A stretch of 26,462 nt of DNA from a virus (Duplodnaviria > Caudoviricetes), in IMG/VR virus record IMGVR_UViG_3300017778_000665, positions 1 through 26,462 of that record. One strand, 5' to 3'. A program made the translations under genes and the position numbers. Of the stretch, positions 1 to 8,616 are shown in pieces. The stretch's first letter is position 1, and each line of letters starts with the position of its first letter. Under the pieces are notes generated by a model, which was given only the letters and a program-made list of their open reading frames with translations, searched no databases and was not told the origin of the DNA.

Positions 1-1
1 C

Positions 2-508
2 TGCAGCGTACAGATTACCACTGGCTGGATCTATGTATGCCTTCTTATTCTGTAGGTCCTGCATACTACCAAGCTGCTCCATCATGTCTGCGGCCTGCTG
101 TCCAACAAGTCCCTTGGACTGAAGGTCTACAAACCTGTCGTAGTTAGAGTTCCAGTTCTTAGCAACACCAGTAAACGCGCCCCAGGAGTCCTTCTGATTC
201 TGAAGGTTCATCTTGTACTGGTTAGGGTCTATCTTGCCCTGCTTCAGTAGCTTCTGTTGTATTAGTGCGTACTGCTTGGTAGAGTTGGCCGCGTCCTGAA
301 TGAATGTTCCCATAGACTGGCTGTGTCCAACATCCACCTTGTTGATCTCGTCAACATAGCTCTGGGTTACATCGTCGATCTCCTTACGCTTTGCCTCCCT
401 ACCCTCTTCAATCTTTGTTAGATTAGTTGTAAGATCGCTTGCAATCTTACCCCAGTCAACTATAGGGTTACCTGACTCGCCTCTGTCCTTATATCCGTAG
501 TATTCCAT
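2..508 (-). CDS. Putative internal virion/ejection (cargo) protein, 3'-truncated by the window edge
   Basis: Missing from the supplied ORF track. ATG at 508 reads MEYYGYKDRGESGNPIVDWGKIASDL... with no stop down to position 2 (169 codons). It lies 4 nt after the stop of 513..1325 and is helical and Q/K/D-rich. Function is inferred from position only. Confidence 0.6.
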   Translation of the reverse strand, partial: MEYYGYKDRGESGNPIVDWGKIASDLTTNLTKIEEGREAKRKEIDDVTQSYVDEINKVDVGHSQSMGTFIQDAANSTKQYALIQQKLLKQGKIDPNQYKMNLQNQKDSWGAFTGVAKNWNSNYDRFVDLQSKGLVGQQAADMMEQLGSMQDLQNKKAYIDPASGNLYAA

Positions 509-512
509 TTAT

Positions 513-1325
513 TTATTGATCAAAAGAATTTGCATAATTATCGTACCAACTTCCAGCATCTTTTTGAAGCTGAGATAATGTTTTTCTTGGAGCACTTACT
601 GCAGAAACCATATTAGGATTGTTAATAGGTCCAAATGTTGCAGGTGCACTAACTGAGCTAATAGGTGTTGTACCAGGTGATCCAAAACTAGATGAAGAAT
701 AATTAACTCCTCCAAATCCAGACGTATTACCAGGTTGTCCAGCTATAGAAGTATCGGTAACTGCATCACCAGTCTTTGGATACAAAGAACTTGCTTGTAA
801 TGCTTGACCAGCTAGACTAGTAACTCCAGATACAGCACTTGTGATGGCAGCTGTCTTAGCGGCCCCTGCATTTGCAGCAGCTGTTTGTGCGCCAATAGCG
901 CGCTCCTGGTTCATCTTAGCGATAGCGTCCCTATTAGCCATCTTCTCCTTCATCTGAGCAGACTCTAACGCAAAAAGGTCCTGTCTCATCTGTTCTGTTA
1001 TTCCAGCCTGAGCCTCTGTGGCTGCAGCCTGAACCTTACCAACACCTGCTGCAAGTGAACGTGAGTCTGCCTCCTGTAAGGCCTGAAGTGCCTGCATCTG
1101 CTGTGCAGTTCCCTCTCTTCCAGCCTGCTGGTAGGCCTCCATAGGTAGCTGTACGCCACCTGCAAACTCTCTCTGATACTCTGACTCTGCCTTTGCAGCA
1201 GCCTCACCAGCCGCCTGCTCTGCCGCAGATGCAGCCTTAGCCTGCTTGGCTGCTGACGATAGGCTCATCCCTACTGAGGCTAATGTTCCTGCTGCTGCTA
1301 TAGCTACTCCTGTTACTACTGCCAT
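513..1325 (-). CDS. Putative small ejection protein (T7 gp14-like position and composition)
   Basis: 270 aa, Ala/Gln/Gly-rich, with a hydrophobic Gly/Ala N-terminus (MAVVTGVAIAAAGTLASVGMSL) and a second amphipathic segment (AAITSAVSGVTSLAG). It follows the nozzle and GNAT genes as in podoviral ejectosome modules. Confidence 0.55.
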   Translation of the reverse strand: MAVVTGVAIAAAGTLASVGMSLSSAAKQAKAASAAEQAAGEAAAKAESEYQREFAGGVQLPMEAYQQAGREGTAQQMQALQALQEADSRSLAAGVGKVQAAATEAQAGITEQMRQDLFALESAQMKEKMANRDAIAKMNQERAIGAQTAAANAGAAKTAAITSAVSGVTSLAGQALQASSLYPKTGDAVTDTSIAGQPGNTSGFGGVNYSSSSFGSPGTTPISSVSAPATFGPINNPNMVSAVSAPRKTLSQLQKDAGSWYDNYANSFDQ

Positions 1326-1326
1326 T

Positions 1327-1731
1327 CTATAATTGTTTTATCATTTCTAAACATCCCTGGGATCCTTTAACGTATCCAAGTTCCTCGTATATTTTTATCA
1401 GACTCTCGTTCTTTAGAGACACGTACGTGTACTTTGCACCTACGTTCTTTAGTATATTCCCTAGCGAGTTAACAAGAGTTGATAGATACAGTTTCCTGTT
1501 ATCTTTGTCCTTGTACTCAATATTTGATACAATAAACTCAACCCATCCAACCTTAGAGTTTGTCATGTAGACAAATCCAGCACAAACTGGAACCTCTTCG
1601 TCGTATATAATTAGACCACCTGTTGCATCCTCTGGCAAGAAGTCCCTTGGAGGTGCCGACCATCTCCAGTCCTTCCACCACCTGGTTAGTATCTCGTCGT
1701 AGTCGCTATGCTCTAACTTTCGTATATACAT
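1327..1731 (-). CDS. GNAT-fold acetyltransferase-like protein
   Basis: 134 aa, with N-terminal IRKL..SDY, central beta strands (VCAGFVY, VGWVEFIVSN) and C-terminal N.SLIKIYEELGY typical of GNAT motif B. Confidence 0.65.
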   Translation of the reverse strand: MYIRKLEHSDYDEILTRWWKDWRWSAPPRDFLPEDATGGLIIYDEEVPVCAGFVYMTNSKVGWVEFIVSNIEYKDKDNRKLYLSTLVNSLGNILKNVGAKYTYVSLKNESLIKIYEELGYVKGSQGCLEMIKQL

Positions 1732-1735
1732 ACTG

Positions 1736-1743
1736 CAAAGGTA
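1736..1743 (-). promoter_or_regulatory. Bacteroidota-type -7 promoter box (TACCTTTG)
   Basis: Matches TAnnTTTG in the 20-nt intergenic gap and ends 4 nt before the ATG of 1327..1731. Confidence 0.65.
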
Positions 1744-1751
1744 GTGAATTT

Positions 1752-2522
1752 TTAAGGATAACTTTTGAAAATACTAGACTGCACGTTATATAGTTGAACC
1801 CTACTTGTTGATGTGTTCTCTAGCTCAAACTGCATGAAGTATCCCTTAAGACCATAGGACTCTGCCTGTAGGTTCTTAGAGCACAGAACCAGGTCTGTAA
1901 CAAGTGGAAGGCTTCCCCCAGCAACTGAGCAGTTTATGGTTATAGAGTTGCTAGTCCTTGAAACTATAACCCCTATAAATCTAGTTGATCCAACTACGTT
2001 AGATACTATAGCTCCAGCATATATGTCACTACCTGTGCTTATAATGCTACCTATTTCTCCTGTAAATGTAACAACAACAGCTGCTGGATTAGTTGAAACC
2101 ACAGACACTGGAACCCCAATACCGTGGTTTGATCTCAGCCTAGGGTCGTTGTTATTTGATGCACCACGTATGTACGCAAAGTATCCACCCTCCTTCTCAA
2201 CGAACTGAGACGCTAAAGCGGTTCCCTTAGAAAGGTCCGTGTAGAACGTGCAGTTCCAAGGGTTGTCGTCGTTAGTTACAAACGTATTGAAGTTCTTCAC
2301 AACATTTGGCTCCAAGTTGAACACGCCAGTCACTGTTGATTTGCAGTCTTCTATTGGTGCATCATAGAACTGGTTCCTTGTCTCGTTCACGTTATGTCTC
2401 CACAGATTTCCACCCTTAAATGAGTAGAAGTAACTGTTCATACCTATCATCTTCTCTGGTATGTAAGAGAAGAATGATGTCCATCCCTGCGATGCGTCGC
2501 TGTATGCTAGTGTGTTTGCCAT
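1752..2522 (-). CDS. Muzzle/tail-stabilisation protein C-terminal part, encoded as a separate gene
   Basis: 256 aa. Motifs TLAYS...GWTSFFSYIPE, FYSFKGGNLWRHN, RNQFY, EKEG.YFAYI and LKGYFMQFELEN resemble the C-terminal region of crAss-like muzzle (P22 gp10-like) proteins as I recall them. Confidence 0.6.
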   Translation of the reverse strand: MANTLAYSDASQGWTSFFSYIPEKMIGMNSYFYSFKGGNLWRHNVNETRNQFYDAPIEDCKSTVTGVFNLEPNVVKNFNTFVTNDDNPWNCTFYTDLSKGTALASQFVEKEGGYFAYIRGASNNNDPRLRSNHGIGVPVSVVSTNPAAVVVTFTGEIGSIISTGSDIYAGAIVSNVVGSTRFIGVIVSRTSNSITINCSVAGGSLPLVTDLVLCSKNLQAESYGLKGYFMQFELENTSTSRVQLYNVQSSIFKSYP

Positions 2523-2523
2523 A

Positions 2524-3591
2524 TTAATCTTTTATTAATCTTACTGATATTCCTTGATTAAGTGATACCCACTTTCTTTCAATAGTATCATATAAACCAC
2601 TTAAGTGATAGCTCCAACGATTTGAAGATCCTGGAGCTATTGAAGTAGTTCCAAAAACAGTACTATCTTGTAAACCAGCAAAATATCCAGCTGTAGCTGC
2701 TTGCCCTGCACCTACTGCTCTAAAGCCACTACTATTGTCTCCACCTGAAATAAACCAATGACAGTTACCTGCTTCTTTTAATTTTGTTCCAATTAAAGGT
2801 TGATACCAACTATCTGGTCCAAATAGTTCTAACCAAGTTCCTCCACCTAAAGTTGCTGTTAAAGTAGTCCACTCAGCATCTGTTGGAACGTGATAGCCTG
2901 TAGGTGCTATATTAGCTGTTGAAATAATAGCATAAACGTTATACAGTCTACCATAAGCTGCTTCATTTGCAGGGTTAAAATCATAATGACACCAAGCTGG
3001 ACCATTTGTAGTAGCCCATGTATTTGCATCAGTTACTTGAGGAATTGATACTCCATTTCTAAAAGTACCTACTTTTAAATTACAACCTGTCCAAATTTGA
3101 GTTCCTATAGTTATTTCTGTCCCTGGAACACAATTAGAACATGGAGTTATAAAACTTAACTGATCCCCATACAGAGTCTCTCCAAACACTGTAGCGTAAG
3201 CCCTTACGTAGTAGGTAACTTCAGATGTTAGTCCAGTAACATTTAATGAGTACGCACCCTGCGCTCTAACAGTGTCTGTTATCACACTATTTGCTATTGT
3301 GGGGTTAGGACTTGTTCCATAGACGAATCCTCTAACCGCATTCACATCACCTCCGTTGTTTATAAAGTTACCGTTAAACGTGGCTGTGGTCTCTCCAACA
3401 GCAGTTACAGATACCGTATCTATTATTGGACACGAGGCAACATCTGTAAGAGCACCGTCTACCTGTCTTCTATAGTAACCCTGTAAAGAGTAGTACCCGT
3501 CTGGAGCCACATCTGTCAGTAGACTGTCCAGGTAAACTGTAGTTGCCGTTGAAAAATTTGCTGAGTCTATGTAAAATTGTAAGGCACTCAT
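2524..3591 (-). CDS. Putative tail appendage/receptor-binding protein: N-terminal adaptor + FN3-like + FISUMP (Fib_succ_major, TIGR02145-like) domain
   Basis: 355 aa. FN3-like module (RGFVYGTSPNPT...TGLT...YYVRAYA...YG) followed by FISUMP signatures IGTQIW...NL, YGRLYN, APTGYHVPTDAEW and terminal G.SVRLIKD. Confidence 0.75.
   Translation of the reverse strand: MSALQFYIDSANFSTATTVYLDSLLTDVAPDGYYSLQGYYRRQVDGALTDVASCPIIDTVSVTAVGETTATFNGNFINNGGDVNAVRGFVYGTSPNPTIANSVITDTVRAQGAYSLNVTGLTSEVTYYVRAYATVFGETLYGDQLSFITPCSNCVPGTEITIGTQIWTGCNLKVGTFRNGVSIPQVTDANTWATTNGPAWCHYDFNPANEAAYGRLYNVYAIISTANIAPTGYHVPTDAEWTTLTATLGGGTWLELFGPDSWYQPLIGTKLKEAGNCHWFISGGDNSSGFRAVGAGQAATAGYFAGLQDSTVFGTTSIAPGSSNRWSYHLSGLYDTIERKWVSLNQGISVRLIKD
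3150..3420. repeat. FN3-like module direct repeat, copy A
   Basis: Aligns to 3976..4246 at a constant 826-bp offset. Identical runs of 29 nt (3344-3372 vs 4170-4198) and 26 nt (3389-3414 vs 4215-4240). Confidence 0.9.
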
Positions 3592-3592
3592 A

Positions 3593-6500
3593 TTAAACTA
3601 TTGTTATTGTTTTTTGTATTCCTACAGTGGTTCCTAAAATATTTGTTGATGTAAAAAGAAACGTCCATGTATTATTTTGTTCGTCAAAAGAAGGGTCTCC
3701 TCCAAAAACTGAATTTGTTCTATAAATTATGGTATCACCTATTGTAATACTATACCAATTTATAGGTGGATTTGACTGTGGAACTCCTGTAATCCAAAGT
3801 TTTAGAATATTATTGTAAAAAGTCAATGCTAAAATACGTCCATTATTTAATTTAGCTATTTGATTATAAGGTGTTATACTTCCAAAATAAGGATCTCCTG
3901 TAGAAGTTCTAGAATAACCCCAAATTGGAAATTGACCTCCACTAGTTCCAACAGTAACAGTGGCTGTGATTGTTGTAAAGTTTAACTCGTTACCATATAC
4001 TGTCTCACCAGAAACTATTGTATATGCCCTAACGTAGTACTTAACAGAATTAGTCAATCCAGTAGCATTTAATGAGTATATTCCAGTCCCAATTATTGTA
4101 TCTGTTATCACACTATTTGCTGTTGTTGGGTTAGGACTTGTTCCATAAACAAATCCTCTTATGGCGTTGACATCACCTCCGTTGTTTATAAAGTTACCAT
4201 TAAATGTTGCCGTAGTCTCTCCAACAGCAGTTACAGATACTGTGAGTATATTAGCTGCACAGCTACAAGGCTCAAAAAAAGAATTCTCGTCATAACAAAG
4301 ACTTATAGGTGTGCTTACTGCGTAATCCCAAACAAGGTACAAGTACTGATCACCATCTGGGTTATCATATGTAAAACTAGCCTCGTAGTTTCCATTTGAT
4401 GGATTTAAAACTGGAAGTGCTACATCTAACTCACCTCGTAATAAGTTAACCTGACTCTCTGTGTACAGTTGATCAGATACCAGGAACTTGAATCTATTGT
4501 CATCAAACACAAACGTGTCATCAGTTAGTTTATTAGAGCTCATCTTGACAGTACTTCCAAACGCAGGAATAAGTCCTCTTGAGTTCATACCAGTGTCAGC
4601 ATCGTATAGCGACACTCCGTCGGCCTGCATAGTTATAAAGTCTGTGCTGTACGCACTAGAAATAGAGTCAAATATCCATTTATACTTGTTATGTATTGTC
4701 TCTCCTAAGTTATCAACAGAGTTAAGAACAACCCTAACAACGGTTATCTCTTGAGTTACTGGGCAGCTTATAACTAGATCATAACTACTAGCAATTTCTG
4801 CACTAATTGTTACAGTTATAGTTGTAGGATTTATGGATGACTTGTAGAATGAATTAGATCCAACTCCAGTTATAGCCTCATTTATAACATTACTTCCGTC
4901 ATACACTACCAATATATCAGCACCTCCAGATTGAAAGTTGTGATCAATGACTACATCTCCTAGAACACTACCAAGCTCAACATCAAACGTGTATGTTCCA
5001 TCAAAATTATACTGAGATATCTTTACACCACAGTTATATACTATAGGATCTGAAGGTAATAGATTATTATTAAGAGATAGCACGTACTCCTTCATATACG
5101 GATCGTAACCTCCAATATTCTGGTAGCCAACCCTATCCTTGAACTGAGACCTAAACCAGTTTGTCATGCCTAGGCTAGATATAGGAGTAAGCTCCTCACC
5201 CTTTAGGTTTAACACTGCGTTTCTCTTAGTATCCGTGAAGTACGAGTCGTATCCGTTCACAACAAAACTCTCTGGGTTGCTGCTTATTCCGTACTCCTCT
5301 ATCCTTGCTATCTGAGTTCCAAGCACCTCTAGATTAGATGTTACAGCACCTCCTCCAGCAGCGTCAGACAACAAGTTCTTACCAACTAACACGTTTGAAA
5401 CCTTATCCTCCTGTAAAACAAGTACGTCAGTCCTCCTTGCATGTAGCACGTTAATTGGACCGAAAGACTTCTCACAGTCCTTCCAGTTTACTAGTGCAAG
5501 GTTGAACTCGTTTAGTTTATTTAGGTTTGTCTCTGCATTATATATACCGCTGTATGTTATAGTTGCGTATCTGTCAGCCTCTTTGAAGTCCTCCTGAGAC
5601 ACGGCAGTAACCCTGCTACCTAAGTAGAACGGAGCTCCTGTTAATGAGTCTCCTATCTTGTAGCTCTCTGCACCGTTACCAAACGTAAAGCAGTTGAAGA
5701 AGTCTAAGTCAATTATAGCTGGCTGTGTACTTGTCTGGTTCTGAAAGTTTCCGTTGTGATACCCCGTTACAATATCAAAGCTCTGACTGTTCTCGTAGTA
5801 TATCTCACCATTAGATGGCTCTGGCTGTGTCTCAAATATAAGCATGCCAGATCCAGTCTGTACAGTTATATCTAGTGTCACCCTAGAATACTTTCTATTA
5901 ACAGGGAAAATGCTATAACACCTACAACAAGGAACACCTGTAGTGGCCCTAAACCTAAGCCTTCCCTGATTAAATTCTATATTTACACCTCCATTAAACC
6001 CATTCTCAGCCTGAAAGAAGTAATTACTAACCATTTCTCCGTATAACGAACCCATAGCCACGTTATAGTCTTTAAATGTATAAAACTGTGTATTTACAGG
6101 ACGTTCATTATTACCTCCAAACGTACCATCATCAAAGTTTACTCCCTGGTCAAGATACCACTCAAACATATTTTCATAGTCTTGATTAGCTATAAATGTC
6201 TTTTCATAGTCATAACTAAAGTCGTTACAGCGGTCTCCAGTTCCGTCTCTGGCCATACGAATTATAAATTTAATCTGACTTCCTGCTGGAACCGAAAACG
6301 GTCTATACTTTCTGTTTTCTGGATCTATTGGATCACCTGGAATAAAATCTGGATTTAACTCGTCAAAGTAGTAGTCTGTATAGTCTCTATCAGTTTTAAC
6401 CCCGTCATACCTAAACGAGTTAGGGTCATACTCAGCTGTAAATCCAGAAGGTCTAAGCCTCATATACAGACCAGCTGGTTCAATTATTAGATCTCCGTTT

Positions 6501-8614
6501 TCATTCTCGTTGTTACTTATGAAGTCCTCTGCCTTTGTATCTAGCTCTAGAACAGTTGTATTCACTAAATTAGATACAACACCAATGGTATCTTTTTTAA
6601 CTATAAGAGTTTGATTCTCAGAAACCTTCTGTCTATTATCACCCTCTAATCTAAACCATGTGTTGCCCTGGTCGTCCTTAAAGAAAAGATTTGTATATAC
6701 GGTCTCGTAAGAAGAAACAGACTGCTTTAGAACAAACTTATACTTTGTTGCCCAAGACGGTGGTAAATTATTTAGTGTTACCCTAATACTATTTATACTG
6801 GCTGAGTTTGACGCATTTATAAATACAGTATTATCAGTATCAACAAGTGCTGTAGAGCTCCTCAAGTAATCGTCCATATAAACAATAGCAACCTCGTAGT
6901 CCCTATTACTATGTAGACTCTTCTTGGCTCCTAGTTCTGCAAAGTATACATCCGTGACTGAATTACTAAAGTACTGGTACCCGTATAAAAAAGTTCCAGA
7001 CTCTACTGGGAATTCTGTTCTAAACTTAACAGCTGGGCACTGTATACCAAGTATATTGCTGCCTATTGAGGCACTAATTAAAAATGATCCATCTATAGCA
7101 GTTATACCGCTGTTTATATCAAACCACTCACTGTATGGATCTACAGCTATTTTTCCAACCTTGTCAGCATTAAAGGTATCTGTAAGAGACAACGGAGGAT
7201 TTGCATCAGCGTATGGCTTGTGTGTAGACACAGCGTCTATGAACTCCTGACTGTTAGCTAAATCCCATACAGAGGTATAATCCTTTTGTAACAAGAAAGA
7301 AAACTGATATGAAAAATTATTTGAGGCTCCAGGACCTGGAGAGTTTGGCGGATCATCAAAATTAGAATCTCCAGAGTATGAATCGCTTATTATGTTAAAG
7401 TCTATTGTAAGTACAAAGTTCTTCTTTAATAGATTGTTAGAGAAGTCTATGTTTAAATTTGAACCTGGTATAGTTAAACCTGATGTAGGATCTATTGCAT
7501 AAGGTATTCCACTAGTATAAGTAACTTCAAGTGAGCTGTCTTCTGGATCACTACTTATAACTTGTAGTGAGTAGTCAATCTCTCCAACATCGTAACCGTC
7601 CACATAGTTGGCGTACATTATTCTGTTTCCAATAGATGTCTGGGCCTTTGCAGTCCTAGGAACGTTATCGTATAATCTAAGCAGTTCGCTCTCTAGAAGC
7701 GTTGTATATATCTTTCTATTTGTAAATACTAATGGCATTGGTCTGTTATCGAACCATCCCTCCTTACTCTTGTCAAACTTCTCTATAACATTTATTATGT
7801 TTGAGTCTGAAGTCTTAAAACACACATCAATTCCAACTACCTGTTTAGGTCCAGTGTTAAACTCTATTAGCACAGAATTAAACGAGTTAGTCATCCCTAC
7901 ATTGGTAAAGTTAGTATAGTCTAACTCAAACTCTCCTGGCTCAAACGCTATATCTGCAAACTGAGACAACGAGCTGTACTCTCCATTGTCGTACTTGTAC
8001 CTGTAAGAGAAAGATATAAACTTATCTAGTATATAGTTCTCCTCTCCAGAACTATTATATAACGAAACGCTTGGCGCACTCATTGGAGGAGCAACTATCA
8101 CAGATATGTCACTCTCATCAAAGTTGTTGTAAGTCTTTGTTACGTTAATTCTCCTTGGTGGGTTTAAGTTGTCCGTCCAAAATAATAAGTCGTCAATCTT
8201 ATTTATACCATTTATAAGATGCTTGCTATCAAAGTTAAGTATAGGATTTGATGACAGAGATACTAGGTGATTTGTTGTAATACCATTGTTTACATTATAC
8301 GAGAGTACAAGGTCGGCATCAGTAGACGTTACAAACCAGTATATAGTCTCGTTTGAACTGTCCTCATAGGCACCAATGCACTTTGCATCACTACTTACGT
8401 ACTGTATGTTTGTTAACGAAGTGTTCCCTTCAGTGTTCTCTATGGCACCAGCACTCCCTAGATCTGAGTTCGTGGTTGAACCAAGCTCTGAAGATCCTAT
8501 CCTTACATTCAAGGCATCGATATACTCGCCTTGTTTAATAAATCTCTCGTCAAGGTCCTTGTTCATTCTTCCAGCGTAGAATAATGCCTCAGCTGTCTCT
8601 AGTGTATTTGCCAT
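3593..8614 (-). CDS. Muzzle (tail nozzle/stabilisation, P22 gp10-like) protein with a long C-terminal extension
   Basis: 1673 aa. crAss-like muzzle motifs GRMNKDLDER..GEYIDALN, LLFWTDNLNPPRRIN, FSYRYKY..GEYS, GNRIMYANY, FGNGAES, YGISSNPESF and GGYDPYMKEYVL. About 490 further aa follow, including an FN3-like module and a distinct tip domain. Confidence 0.8.
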   Translation of the reverse strand: MANTLETAEALFYAGRMNKDLDERFIKQGEYIDALNVRIGSSELGSTTNSDLGSAGAIENTEGNTSLTNIQYVSSDAKCIGAYEDSSNETIYWFVTSTDADLVLSYNVNNGITTNHLVSLSSNPILNFDSKHLINGINKIDDLLFWTDNLNPPRRINVTKTYNNFDESDISVIVAPPMSAPSVSLYNSSGEENYILDKFISFSYRYKYDNGEYSSLSQFADIAFEPGEFELDYTNFTNVGMTNSFNSVLIEFNTGPKQVVGIDVCFKTSDSNIINVIEKFDKSKEGWFDNRPMPLVFTNRKIYTTLLESELLRLYDNVPRTAKAQTSIGNRIMYANYVDGYDVGEIDYSLQVISSDPEDSSLEVTYTSGIPYAIDPTSGLTIPGSNLNIDFSNNLLKKNFVLTIDFNIISDSYSGDSNFDDPPNSPGPGASNNFSYQFSFLLQKDYTSVWDLANSQEFIDAVSTHKPYADANPPLSLTDTFNADKVGKIAVDPYSEWFDINSGITAIDGSFLISASIGSNILGIQCPAVKFRTEFPVESGTFLYGYQYFSNSVTDVYFAELGAKKSLHSNRDYEVAIVYMDDYLRSSTALVDTDNTVFINASNSASINSIRVTLNNLPPSWATKYKFVLKQSVSSYETVYTNLFFKDDQGNTWFRLEGDNRQKVSENQTLIVKKDTIGVVSNLVNTTVLELDTKAEDFISNNENENGDLIIEPAGLYMRLRPSGFTAEYDPNSFRYDGVKTDRDYTDYYFDELNPDFIPGDPIDPENRKYRPFSVPAGSQIKFIIRMARDGTGDRCNDFSYDYEKTFIANQDYENMFEWYLDQGVNFDDGTFGGNNERPVNTQFYTFKDYNVAMGSLYGEMVSNYFFQAENGFNGGVNIEFNQGRLRFRATTGVPCCRCYSIFPVNRKYSRVTLDITVQTGSGMLIFETQPEPSNGEIYYENSQSFDIVTGYHNGNFQNQTSTQPAIIDLDFFNCFTFGNGAESYKIGDSLTGAPFYLGSRVTAVSQEDFKEADRYATITYSGIYNAETNLNKLNEFNLALVNWKDCEKSFGPINVLHARRTDVLVLQEDKVSNVLVGKNLLSDAAGGGAVTSNLEVLGTQIARIEEYGISSNPESFVVNGYDSYFTDTKRNAVLNLKGEELTPISSLGMTNWFRSQFKDRVGYQNIGGYDPYMKEYVLSLNNNLLPSDPIVYNCGVKISQYNFDGTYTFDVELGSVLGDVVIDHNFQSGGADILVVYDGSNVINEAITGVGSNSFYKSSINPTTITVTISAEIASSYDLVISCPVTQEITVVRVVLNSVDNLGETIHNKYKWIFDSISSAYSTDFITMQADGVSLYDADTGMNSRGLIPAFGSTVKMSSNKLTDDTFVFDDNRFKFLVSDQLYTESQVNLLRGELDVALPVLNPSNGNYEASFTYDNPDGDQYLYLVWDYAVSTPISLCYDENSFFEPCSCAANILTVSVTAVGETTATFNGNFINNGGDVNAIRGFVYGTSPNPTTANSVITDTIIGTGIYSLNATGLTNSVKYYVRAYTIVSGETVYGNELNFTTITATVTVGTSGGQFPIWGYSRTSTGDPYFGSITPYNQIAKLNNGRILALTFYNNILKLWITGVPQSNPPINWYSITIGDTIIYRTNSVFGGDPSFDEQNNTWTFLFTSTNILGTTVGIQKTITIV
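3976..4246. repeat. FN3-like module direct repeat, copy B
   Basis: Encodes TVSVTAVGETTATFNGNFINNGGDVNA.RGFVYGTSPNPT.ANSVITDT, nearly identical to the module in 2524..3591. Confidence 0.9.
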
Positions 8615-8616
8615 AC

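Noticed and set aside
768-786. YPKTG sortase-like motif in the 270-aa protein
   Set aside because: No following transmembrane helix or basic tail, and the context is a phage of a Gram-negative host. Chance match.
3150-4246. FN3 repeat pair or FISUMP genes as a DGR template/variable repeat
   Set aside because: Mismatches involve all four bases and are mostly synonymous rather than adenine-specific. Both copies are coding, and no reverse transcriptase or non-coding template repeat is in the window. A remote DGR elsewhere in the genome cannot be excluded.
2523-5070. Spliced intron or read-through rejoining the two muzzle parts
   Set aside because: The intervening DNA is fully coding for structural domains, each gene has its own ATG after TAAT in a shifted frame, and I saw no group I/II intron features or slippery site.
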